Source of the DNA: Raillietiella orientalis
Lineage: Eukaryota
Direction of reading: 5' to 3'
DNA length: 64,000 nt
NCBI GenBank assembly: GCA_036172245.1
Contig: JAYWIR010000014.1
Span: 372,001-436,000 of the forward strand
Position numbers and translations under genes: made by a program. Below, piece after piece: positions 52,201-64,000 of the stretch. The number at the start of each line of letters is the position of its first letter. The first letter of the stretch is position 1. The notes under the pieces are model-generated. The model made no database searches, was not told the DNA's origin, and was given only the letters and a program-made list of their open reading frames with translations.

Positions 52201-53749
52201 CTTTGAATGCAAGAAAATTCCACATGGAAACTTTTACTAGTCACCAAAATGAAGGTGTCCTGTTTATTGTGCACCGCGCGAACAGGCCAGTATACTGATT
52301 TCACTGGTTCCAGTGTAGTTTTTCGGCCTGTTGAAGTCTCAAAGTTAACTCTGGCCTGTCATGTTTTTACTGTATGCTGCGAATAAATTGAATGACTCCT
52401 ACATAATTTTTCTTTCAATACAGATAGCCCAGAATGAATTATAGATATTCAATGGAAATTTTAAAAGCACTATTTGGTCATATTGGTTATTGAAGGCACG
52501 TATTTTTAAACCATGCAAGGTTACATGAGAATTATGACTACATTTTATGGATCACATTCAGTTTTCGATTCCTAGACAGTTCATTTTCCTTCCTGGAACT
52601 GAGGGATAAGAGATCTAAGAAACCCTTTGGAGATGTGTACTGAAACAAGAACTCAAGCCCTCCTCAAAAGTGTACTTGAACAAGACTAAGCTTTACTTTG
52701 CTAAAAGTATTCGCATGAGTGTTCCTACTTTCTCTTTCGGCGTGAAATCTGTTTGAGCAAATGGAGTTTTCACAGCTGCTTCTATGAGATAATTATTCAA
52801 GTAGGAGCATGGCATGTTACTGCGGATGAAGATACCAGCAGGAAACTGTTTTGTTTAAGCAGCACTACATTTGATCAGATAGCACCAAATCAGCACTTTT
52901 AAAGAATTACTCTTACAGTCTGCGAACTGAAAAAACAAAGTGATTAGAAAATTAGTCTTGAATTTGGATGATTAGCATCATGCAGCGAACTATGACCCTT
53001 GATTTCTTGAACAAGTCTAATTTCCAACGGCGTAAAATGCAAATGTCAAGAAATTCACGTTTTCAGTGAAAGCGAAATAAATGCAAGAATCTCCTGGATG
53101 CCACTTCTAGAGAAACCGGCTGCACTATGGAAGACGATTCTTAATTTCCCTCTTATTATTTCCTGTTACTTCAATTTCTCTTGAATTTCTTGTCCACTGT
53201 CTTCCTTTCATCTCTTGAACAAGAGCTAATCTCATTTCTTGTTCTGATTATCACATCAAATCTTCAAGAACATTTTTATGCCCCCCGGAACTAAGTCTTA
53301 GGCTGCAATACACAGTAATTTCAAGATGGGTTTGATAGATTATATTACAAAATAAAACTATTTGTTTAATTAATAGAATATGCAGATGTGACAGATGTAA
53401 TGGTCTGCAATCACATGAACCTCTGACTGCAAAAATACCAAACCAGGTCCGACCAATTACCAGAACAATTCCCATCTGTAAAATTTCAGTGGATTTGCAG
53501 GTGCCTCTGTGTTTGCCTGCTTGCACACAAAGTTCTCAGGTACCCTGCGAATATGGAATTTTTAAAGCAGCGTCTTCAGTGAATCAGCTCGTCATGAAGG
53601 ACGAGAACCTAAATGACAGCGTTCTTCCCAATATGGAATATTTGAAAACCCAACCATCATGAGCAAATTGAACCAACTGAAAACTCGGGTGAAAATGACT
53701 CGGGTCCAAAAGAACGGAGAAAGGATGGAGAGCAAGAAAACAGGAGCAT

Positions 53750-54190
53750 TTATTGGAATTAGTTTGTCATAACAGGCATAATGGACAGAGTGCCATTCCT
53801 AAATCTGATCGTCGTGAAAGGCGGAACATTCCTATTCCTTGCTGTTCGCTCATGGAAATAAACGTTACACTACACAACAAAACCATCCTACACGAGACAG
53901 CGAGAAAACCAGTTAAAAGCTGTTTGTCCTGCTCACTAGTTAGCCTGCTAAAGATCAAGAAAGCTTATTTCTCTGAAGAAAAGTTGCTGCATACTCTCAC
54001 TAAAGAGTCTATCAAGATTTCCCGGGGAGAATTTAATTCTCTTTTTCTCTTGAATCTTCTGTTCTCAGGCAGTTATATCAAGGATAAAACCTTTGATTAC
54101 TACAAAAAAGGTAGGAACATCCTCTTGAACCAATGCAAAAGCAGTGAAGATATTCAAATCTTTTGTTTCTTCCACACAAATGTAATTTAG
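53750..54190 (+). mobile_element. Integrase zinc-finger-like fragment
   Basis: 145-codon ORF containing KPVKSCLSC (V..CxxC-like). Confidence 0.3.
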
Positions 54191-56349
54191 TTTGCTTATT
54201 CTTCATCAAGCAGTTGCTCAGAATTAAAGTTTTCATGAACAAGAAAGGAATAGAAATGAGTGACATTATCGCTAAAAAACTAGCGAGTATAGCGTTCTTT
54301 CTTCTCAGAAGAATATTAATTCCTGTTATGCTTAATACATATGCCAAACTTTGTTTAGCACACGTTTGCTTCACTGTTAAAGCAAACTTACGAGTCAACT
54401 CGTCAAATTAAGATAATTTTGCTGATGATGATTACAAGGACTGAATGAATTTTTCTCGCTTGCTATTTCTTCCCTAAGAACAATGTGAACACAGAACTAG
54501 TGATTTACTTATGATTTTTGTCTTCTGTTACTGTCCAGCAGCGAACTGATGACTCTTTCAATACTCTTAAGAGTTATCAGTGTATGACTTATGTGACTTA
54601 AGACAAAGCAGCCAAATGGAAACCCGAAGAATGAAATGGTTGGATAAGGTCTTGAAAACCTTATTCTATTCCTTTTTCTGGTTGCTTAATCTCGAGCGAC
54701 GATTCCATAGATTTGTCATAGAAAAAAATACTTGTCAATTGCTCACCAGTTCTCATATCACTTGCTGCCCCCAGGTAAGCTCAGAGAAGCTGCAAGCTCA
54801 AAAAATTGGAAAACTTTTACAGCTCCCTCTCGATTGTTTTGTTTGTCAAATTTCATTCTTTTTATATGCTCTCCGAAATTCTTTAATGCCATAAAATCAT
54901 CAATCTTCCGATGCTCCGATTTCAGGTGTTCCATGTTCTAGAACAATACTTCACTTTGTGTTGAGCCACACCTAAACAAAATTTATCATTCAAATGACCA
55001 TAACTCCATAAAGGTTTCCTGATAATTTTTGGGATGATTTCACACTTGACTTGGGGGAGGATGACTGAGGATGACCCACTGGACGAGTTTTACTTTGATA
55101 TAGCAACGAAAATTTTCTCGGAAATAGCTCATTTCAGTGCTGTATTTCCGATTCCCTTACTCTACTACATAAAAAGACTATACTTTACATGGATATTTTC
55201 GAAGACTTTAAAGAGAACATTCATTCATTATATTCATCCAAAAAAGATAACTTGCTTTTCATTTTTACTTTCTACAGTAAAATTTTCCTGATGAAAAATT
55301 TGAAATCCACGTGGATGGATTTCTGTTAGTGTTTAGTGTAGATTTCTGTTTCATTCCAGTGTCCTGGATTCAGAATTAACTTCAGAATGACTCCCACTCT
55401 TCTTAGTTGGTCTTTCAACAAAGGTTGAGAAGGAAACTGAACCTCTCGTGAGCGTGTGCAATTTAATCTACCAATTTCATGTGATGGTTCTTTTTGTCTC
55501 TTCTATTGGCAACAGCACCCTAAGTACTTCCCTAGCTTATATGATATTTTAACTCCGATAGTTTTCACAGATTCCATCCTTGTTTAATCTTATTTTCGTC
55601 TTTTTAAATCATTCTTCTGGAAATACCAGATCTAGACCTTCTTTAGCATCAAGTATTCTGTACTAATTCTGTAATTTTCGAATTAATTTGTGGACATTCT
55701 TTTCTAGAAGAAAAGGAAAGGAAAATTATTGAGTAGTCTCCAGGTCTATTAATACATTTTATATTTCTGTCTGATTCTATGTTTCTCTGATGATCAGTTT
55801 TTTCAATGAGAAAAACTGATTTTTTCTTCTTTCCTAGATTTCGTCAGAAGGAAAACCTCAGAAAATTTTGATCGTGCCTGTTCAGGGTATTTTCCTTTGG
55901 TCTTTAATCATTTGGAAAATTAATTTTTCAAGCAACTTGTAAGGATGACATTGTGGGTCAGTGTACCTTTGTCTTTAAATGTTTAATGAATCGACGTAAA
56001 AAAAAATGCTTCAACAGGTGAACGGAAAAATTCATTAAATCTCCAGTTTGCCTACCCTTGGAAAAATAATCTGAAGAACATTCTGAAAGAGGCAGACTTC
56101 CAAATGAGGAAGGAAATTTGTGATGCATCCACATAGTCTGTGTCTACGTCTATGAAGAACTTTCGATTAGTTTTGCTGTATACAGATATGATGCTAACTT
56201 AAGATGCGAGGGTGTTTCAAAAGTTTGTCCTCAGTTGATTTCCTGCTCTATCATCGGATCATGAACTTTTGTAAGCTGAAAAATTTACCATCCTTGTAAA
56301 GTAGACTCTGATTAATCGGATTTTTTGTCCTGAGAACAACTTCCAAGAG

Positions 56350-57400
56350 TTTTAAAAACGTTGCTCATGAAATTATGCCATCTCATTCATGGGATGTGTG
56401 ATGCATTTCCCTATTATGGCTAAACTGTCCATGTTTTCTTTGACATTTCATTTTTAAAAAATCAAATAGGTATGCCAACGGAAAGTGAGAGGAAATTTTG
56501 AAACTCTCAGGCGTGGAAGTCTTCCTATTCTCCAGTTCGAATGCACCAAAGTTCCTTTTGGTTCTCTGTAAACAATCCCATTTTCTAGAGCCTTCTTGTT
56601 TAGAGGAAACCATTACTTCCAGAAAACAGCATCCTAACATCTGATGTGATAATTTATGGTCAGCAGTGCACTGTGAATAGCATTTATTGGTACACAGGGT
56701 CGATATGTAGGATGAAGGATGTGTCTATTATGGTCTTCAGGAAAGCTATTTGATCGCTGCCATTTTTTTAAAACTGGAATGAAATAAATCTCATTGGAAT
56801 CAGTCGGAAGCTCTAAGGACTTCGTGAAGAGAGGATTGTAATTACTGTACAAAAGGAAAAGTACACTTCAATCAGTGAGCCAAAACCCAAAAGCATTGGA
56901 AAATGCTTCAGATGTGATTAAAGTATAGTCAGCAGATCATTTGATTTTTATTTACAGTCCGCTATGTAAACTAATTTCAGCACTCTGGTTGTTTGCTCAA
57001 ACTTTTTAGAGAAGCTGCAATTGCAAATACCAAACCACGTATTGAAAAGAGAATATGGACCACTGTAAAACGATAACACGAACTGAATGAAAAGTAGAAC
57101 AGAAATTCACGTGTCTGATTACATCTTTGTTAAAATAAAATATATTGCTTTATTTTTACAAAGGTGTAATCTGTAGTGCTTGATTTCTCCAGCTAGAATG
57201 CCCAACTGGTCTGTGCCTGAGTGGAAGCACGGATTACTGAACCATGGAGTAGAATATCATTGAATATGGCATAGATATTGGTAGTAGCAGAAATCGTAAG
57301 TTCCAGCAATGGCCGTGCTTCACCCCTGGAATTCTTCTTGGTCATAAGATGACCGTTATATATCATTCGCTCTTTTCTCCTTAGAGACAAACAAATTTTT
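56350..57400 (-). mobile_element. FLYWCH-associated MULE transposase relic
   Basis: KERMIYNGHLMTKK..W (FLYWCH-like start), SFPEDHNRHILH, YLFDFL and RWHN (E.WH-like) in order. Confidence 0.45.
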
Positions 57401-57649
57401 CCTTCCGATCTGATATGCTCTATTCTGGTATTGGTTTCACTTAAACCAGCTCACATAATGAGAATATCATCAAAAAAGCAGATAGATTCAATAGATTCCA
57501 TTAACAACATGGTGTTTTACGCTTCCGATTCCGGACGGCATTTAATAATCCTTCAATACGAATATTTACTAACAGTAGTGATTCATGCACATTGATTAAA
57601 AGTGCTGTTTGACTGTTCCGAAAACTCCCTGATACCCTTCATTGCTGTT

Positions 57650-59600
57650 ATCTGAATGTGTTTTCACTATTGCTTTCGGTCAGCAGATCCAATCGTGAGA
57701 ATCAGTTTTATTGCAATGGAAAGTGGGGAAGAATGCAAACTTTTTGTTGGAGCAATTGAACATGGGACATCGCCATTTTGAGGCCTCTCTCTGGGCTGAA
57801 AGATGGAAACAAAAGAAACATTATGCGATGAGACGCGCTTATCAAATTCACATAAAATATAAGTTATGCTTTATCTTAGCCAGATATATTCCAGCAACTG
57901 GAGAGTTCTGCAGAGGCAATAGAAGGCGAAAATCACAACAGCTGCAATGGTTAATACCCAGAGACTTTAAATGAAATCGAAAGAAATGCCCAGAAGGGAA
58001 TTCAAAGATTTGCGCAATCCGATAAGAGGTTTTCCATGGATTCATGCTGTTTGCATAGATTAAATGGTATAATCATTATTACAGTGACATAACAGGATTT
58101 CTCGTTAGCACTTATGCTCCTGTCGTTCGAATCCTCTGATGCAAACTGCATCTCCAAGACCCTTTCTTGTGCGCGTCACCATCGAAACATGGTAGTGATG
58201 AAAATTGGGAGAAATAAAGATGTCTGAGTAAAAGCAGCGCACTTTGCTTGCAGATTCCTCCATTCAGGGTAAAAGCATCGTTTACTCGCTTCTTTGTTTG
58301 TCTTGTTAAGTCTCCTTGATTACGAACGAGCTCCCAAATGATTTTGATTCGCATTTCTCGCCCCATTGCACGAGCAGTATTATTATATTCAGAAGACAAG
58401 CCAATGTGATGGTCCCATTCTACAGACATTGAATATGTCAACAGATTTAGCTTGCTTTGTGAGGTTACTAATAGGAGCAGAGACAGCATCCAGAAACCTT
58501 TGTACCATTACTTTAACGCATTGCATAGCTTAGAGGCTTAAGAGAAAGAACACTCGGCTCCTTAAAAAATGAAAAACTCTATCAAAAGAACGTCGGAAGG
58601 TAATGAAAATTTTTTTGAGAATGTGAAATTGGAAAACTGGAAATTTAATTGCCAGTTTCCCTTTGCACACACACAAAACTAAATCTCACTACTCCTCGAG
58701 GTTTTTTTTTTAATGGTGAACAAAAATTTCAAAAGGAGAAAATAAAGTGATCTCGTAAATATCACCAAATGTGTTGTGGTTTCACAGACAAACAAACTCA
58801 GCTGAATAATGCTGGAATTTTTTGACATAAAATCCTTAAGGCTTCAGTGCTTCTGTTCCAATGACATGATTTCCGTTTAATCTGAATTCAGTTGTCGTGA
58901 TTCATTTAGGATCTGAGACGATTACAGCATGCAGGTCTGTCTTTTGTTTGGTTTCATCTTGTTAAAATGCATTACTTTGTCAACGTCTGCAAGATCTCAA
59001 GATGAAGCCATTTTTGTTGTAAATTTACTTTTTGATGTAAGTGGGTACAGTAAGTAATTCGATCAATGACAAGGATTCAAAAATACAAATTGTTTTGTGG
59101 AATGGGTCTAAGGAAGAGATTAGTGTGGCCATCATACAGCTGCACCGGTGATATCAAACAAGCCAACTTACTCCAAATAAATTCAGGAGTGAAAAATTCG
59201 CATATGGATCATGGATGCCTCTTCATTGAGTTTTAAAGACATTCAGTGAGAATCCTGACGCACTTCGTATCTGCAGATTCGATACATTTCCCAAATCAGA
59301 TTGCAAACAAAATCAGGAGCAAAAGGTCATGAAACTTATCAAGGATCTCAATTAGCTACAATGTGCTGGCCAGCTAGAACTTCTTGATTAATTTTTCCTT
59401 AGCTTATATTATTTCCTTAGGATTTGGTGGAGATGCTTTCATCACTATGGATGATTGGGAATTTTCTACATTGTAATAATTTCTGAGCCGAATGAGCAGA
59501 CACTAAAATGGACTGACATCTGATGATAGAACCCGTAAACGAACAGCATTCGGAAACTGAAATCTAATTATCAAAGTGCCATCAATAAATGGCGATCTTT
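57650..59600 (+). mobile_element. Decayed DNA-transposase-like sequence (possibly Academ-like)
   Basis: FVGAIEH, KKHYAMRRAY and LFDVSGYSK remnants resemble FL.AIG / G.HYNR.MRAH / F.A.GH.NY motifs. Superfamily call is tentative. Confidence 0.3.
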
Positions 59601-59849
59601 GTGGACTGCAAACCCTGTAAGGTTCCTATTCCTACGATTGGGACTTTGCAAGACTGGATGTCATGTAATCATAGAATTCATAATTAAAGAGAACTTCAAA
59701 TTAAACTCCCTGTTTGTCATGATTTACTTCTGCAAACGATGGGTCTTCTCATCGTTTATAAGAGCAAGGAAGCTTGAAGCGAAGTAAAAACTCAATTCAG
59801 TGATGATTTGAGTCTTGTCTCGAAACCGACGGTACCTGCGTCAATCATC

Positions 59850-60070
59850 CTTATTCAAAAGACAGTGGCGATTTTCGAAAGGCCTGCGTGTCATTCCGAG
59901 AGGGAATCATGTCCAAACCGCCTTCGTCTTCAGGAAACTGCACTTTGAAAAGACCACCTTCTAAATCAGCAAGGGGCTTTTCAAAATCTAGCAAGGAATC
60001 AGTCTGTAAGCTGATGAATTCACGAAAACTCATTTGATCCATAAAAAAAATGTCATAATTCTTAACCACT
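59850..60070 (-). mobile_element. LINE post-RT fragment
   Basis: FPEDEGGLDMI (P...GGLG motif). Confidence 0.4.
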
Positions 60071-60299
60071 TTGTATTCTGCCTCCTCTTTTCAAGATGAT
60101 GGTTTATTTCTAAGAAGCATGATAGGAACTATCGAATTGCATAGTGAGAACTCCTTGATTCCTTTCATTTGAGGCATGTGATTATTCCCTTATAGGCAGT
60201 AGATATGAATCTTGTCCAACAGCCACAGCAGGTCATCATGAAGTTCTTCACCTAAAAGAAAATTAGAATAAATTAAAATTAATTAAAAATTATTAAAAA

Positions 60300-61300
60300 C
60301 GTTCTCCACCATAATGCTTCTCTTAAGTTTTCCTGCTTGCAACAAAAAAGCCAAACTCTGGGAAACCACCTTTACGCCTCATCAACCTCCTGAAGCTAAC
60401 GCACAAGATGGCCGACGCCATGACCGCCGTCATGGCTTGATGCATAGGAGCTGAGATCTGTGCTTTTCACCTAACCCACGGGAAAATTGCATAGGTCTTT
60501 TTTGAGATCTAATTTTAGGACTGGCAATTTCACCTTACTCTTTCTTTCATCCTCGTGGGTTCATGCGGTTTGGTGGGAAAATGAGGATCTGCCCCAAGCA
60601 AGCCGCGAAGGAGAGAATCTCCTCAAGAACGAGATGATGATCAAGATCAAACCTTTTTTGCAGGATGAGGTCTTCTTCCATATCCTCTCTCTTGAAAATG
60701 GGATCATTTGTCCGATTCCTCCTCTTCTTACGCAGTGAAATGCGAAAGTTCTCAGACGTCTTTATAAAGAAGGTGATTTTTCCTCCTTAATGTTGCTTGA
60801 ACCAACACTTGTTTGAGCTTACTAGCGTGATCTTCTCTGCAGAGTAAGAATGAAGGTGCAAATGACCAATGGTCAGTTTGGTTTCCGGGTTCCCACAGTT
60901 GCTTAGAAAGAGGGACTGATTTCAGAACCGGAAACTCCTCATGAGCAATAAAGAGCAAGCGATTAGCGCATGAGAAGATACAGCAGCCTGCATGGATCAT
61001 TCGGAACCAAGGAACAAGCACTGAGAACCATGTATTGAAGCACATCCTATCTAAGGAACTCTACAGACATTAGAAGCCAAGTGGCGCGCAATCAAGAGCC
61101 ACAGAATCCTTGAATGAAAGAGCAAGGAACCGGGGCCTCCAGAATTTCCGAAAGACTTTGCAAGTGGGCAGGTCAGGAATGAGGACTGTGGACCGTTTCC
61201 CACGCAATACTATGAATGAATTACTCTGGGGAGGTCCTGCAAATGGGGGAAGCGCAGAGACACTCTTTTGCTTCTTCCTATCTTTCAACTCTCTTCTCTA
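60300..61300 (+). mobile_element. Degenerate LINE RT
   Basis: PLRLINLLKLTHKM (RPISLL...YK-like), SSWVHAV, SYAVK (YADD-like) and LLWGG. Confidence 0.5.
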
Positions 61301-61949
61301 TTCCCTTTGCCTCTTTCCTTGACGACCGTGATTTACGAGCACCACACGCGATTACCCCAAGCATAATGCTGGAGGAGTCTCTGCAATGATGTTCCAATGC
61401 ATGAGTAAGAACGAGGACCCTGAAATCTTCAGATGCAATTAAAATCTGGGGGAAGCCGAGCATTTCCTCTGGCATGCTCCTTCCTCCAGGAAAGTATCCG
61501 TGTTGCAGCTTCTCAGAATTCATGAATAATCGGCTATTTAATGCTTGAGTTTTTGACTTTAAGTGGAAAAGGAAAAAAAACAAAAAAAGGTTTCTGCTTC
61601 TGTCGAGTAAATTCATCTGCGATCTCTTTCAATAGGGTTGACACTGGTCCCCTTGAGAGCAATCATTCCTTCGTCTAACATACAAGAAACCGGACCTTTA
61701 TTCGTAGCGAACAGCGATCCAGGGAAGAAAATCCTAGAGCAAGAGTTGCATTTAAAATGAAGGAATGCCATTTCGTTAAAGGGAAAAGGGCTGCTCCGAA
61801 ATCAGAGATGAAGTTTTTTGGCCCCAAGTGCTCCAGCTGGTTTGGCACCCCACCGAAGCTAGAGCAAAGGGAAGTGGACCTCTTCGGATCCTGACGGCTT
61901 AGAAAATCAGCATCCGAGCTGATGAAGATCGTTCTAATTTTCTTTCTTC

Positions 61950-62560
61950 CTTTGATCAGGAAAAAACTACATTAAAAGGTGGTGATGGTGTCAAAAAAAG
62001 GGACTCCTGCAGCATTTTTCGTTTCTGCACGGGTTCGCACGTCGCTAACCGAATGCAAGAAACCTCACAATCTCTGCAGGCCCAACGCGTATAGGGACAC
62101 AAGCCGGAACGGAAGAATTTGCCCTACCGAGAAGTTGCATAGACAACAGCCTGCAGATGCTCTGGAAATCGCTTCAGCCTGGACTTCCAAAATTCTCGAA
62201 AGTCTCCGTCAGTAATGAACGTCTCAGTTTTCGAGCAGCACACCATGCGAGGTTTTCGTCAGTTTCGATAGGCGAGGTGATGGGAAGACAGTGGTTGTGC
62301 GACGCCCACTTCGAGTTTGTGCCTGAGGTCGTCACTTTCGTGCCTTCCGGAACAGCGTGTTCCCTGAGCAGCAGCAGCAGGCAAGCAGGCACGCCTCCAC
62401 ATCGGTGATGGCCGCGTCCTGTTGTAGTGCGGTAGGCAAGACACTTCTGCAGAGATTCTCACAACGTCATTTGCGAAGCTGTCCTCCGTGATCGACATGG
62501 CCTTGTTCAAGTCGCTCGCTTCCAAGTGCACCTGCTTCAACACTGTAGATGTAGATGGTC
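61950..62560 (-). mobile_element. Degenerate LINE RT N-terminal fragment
   Basis: KAMSITEDSF, YNRTRP, FENFGSP and SVGQILP remnants in RT order. Confidence 0.35.
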
Positions 62561-63299
62561 TGAATTCTCCTTCCTCTTTCTTTTTTTCTTCTTGCTTTCT
62601 TTTGTGCTGTTCTTCTGAAACGCATCAGCCTTTATGGTCTTTCCACTACCAGACTTGGCGGTCACAGCACTGTATTGTGCTAACTTCTACTTTGTACCAG
62701 GAAAATGGCTACACGACACTTAATTAACCACAACTCAGCATTTAAATTTTCTACTGCATAAAATGGCTGTCCCAGGGGAACTCACCATCTGATTATACAG
62801 TCGAAACATGACGTGATCGTGATCTCCGTGGTCACCCTTTAACCTGGATGGTGTTCCAGAACATGCCCCCAGACGTCCGGGGTACGCCGCCTATTGGTGC
62901 GTGCATTCTCTCCTTCAGTGTTTCATTCTGTATGTTGGGAACTCGTCGTCCTGAGGAACTCACGTTTCCAGAAATTCTACTACAAATGCTGACACCGGCG
63001 TGGGTGCTACCCCTTTGACGGTGGAGGCCGGAATTTGTTCTTTCTTGTCCGCACTTCTTCCAGCGCTGCCTCCGGGTTCTTACACTGGCTGGAAACGTAG
63101 AGTGGGGTGACGGCTCTCGCGCTAAGAGTACCCAATCCAGGAGAAGTCTAATATTAGTTGATCAGGAACCACTAGCTCCGACTTTCTCTACTTCGCTTCT
63201 GTGATTCGGTCGATCAGGAAGTCGTGCTTTATTGCAAATCACCGGATGAAAAGGAAGAGCCCATTCTGCGTTGGGCAGCATCGGGATTGGAATTAGCTA

Positions 63300-64000
63300 T
63301 TAAGTCAACAGTGAGCAGCTTCGGTTCTCAGGTAGCATTTATGTGGCCGCAAGTCAACCTTTTGCCGTGAAGGCATCGCTCTCCAGAAACGGCGTCAACT
63401 CACGTGGATGGCGCAGAGTATGAACTGTCTCTAGGTCACGCGCTCAATAGTCGCATCTACAACCCAACCATGATTGCGGAGACGTGACAGACTGCGGCAT
63501 AGCCTCAGAGAGCTACTTCGAAGTATCGGTAGCTGGAGGTTTCCAATCAACCTATTGCGGGAATGAGTATAATGCTAAAACTGCACGTAGTGGTTCTCAA
63601 GACAAAAGGAAACGCTCTTCTATTGGATGTTGCGTTTCCCAACGAATACTTTCCAGAAGTGCTGGTAGATGTATGCCAAAGAGAAAATTCAGAAGTTCGC
63701 CTTCACAGGAGGGTTCGCAAACGTAGTAGGATTTCTAGAGGAGGAGCAAGACGTGTCGAGGGAATTGGAAGTTCCGAAGAAACGCATCAGAAAGTAAATA
63801 GTGCTCAAGAATATTCAGCATCCCAGCATTCGTATCGGAAACATCGAAGAGGTATCCGCTTATGATGAAAGAACCCTGCGGAGTCACAACTTTGTCATGG
63901 GGTGAGTTGAAGAGAACAGATAGTATGAGAAGATAATGAAAACTTGCTTCTTCATTTGCCTGCATCACCTTTCGTAACAAAGGTGCATTCGACAAGATTT
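63300..64000 (+). mobile_element. Integrase core relic
   Basis: VTDCGIASES (SDNG..F.S-like) and LLDVAFPN (L..V.FAYN-like). Confidence 0.4.

Noticed and set aside
58090..58140. gttcgaatcc B-box-like word
   Set aside because: No A box, cloverleaf or similarity to the SINE body nearby.
1..64000. Paired LTRs, TIRs or TSDs for the Gypsy and MULE relics; prokaryotic operons or defence systems
   Set aside because: No matching terminal repeats were found by eye. ORF density and content are incompatible with a prokaryotic locus.

Overview
Gene-poor, apparently eukaryotic DNA that reads as a graveyard of transposable elements. I found no intact host gene, rRNA, intact tRNA or CRISPR array. The best-preserved feature is a GC-rich, near full-length but lesioned L1/Tx1-like LINE on the minus strand (~16.3-21.0 kb). 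It carries a basic ORF1-like region and an ORF2 with APE endonuclease, reverse transcriptase and CCHC zinc finger, and it sits among older LINE relics. A 5'-truncated relative with a structured 3'UTR lies at ~33.2-34.6 kb. The rest is heavily decayed fragments of Ty3/Gypsy pol, other LINEs and probable DNA transposases (MULE-like, possibly Academ-like), recognised only by isolated motifs, so their boundaries are approximate. Non-coding observations include two diverged copies of a probable tRNA-derived SINE (~31.75 kb and ~47.1 kb) and a truncated U6 snRNA-like sequence fused to a perfect hairpin (~37.8 kb). I did not find convincing evidence of a wholly new biological system. The best leads are the probable SINE family, the U6 fragment and the unusual domain lengths in the young LINE.
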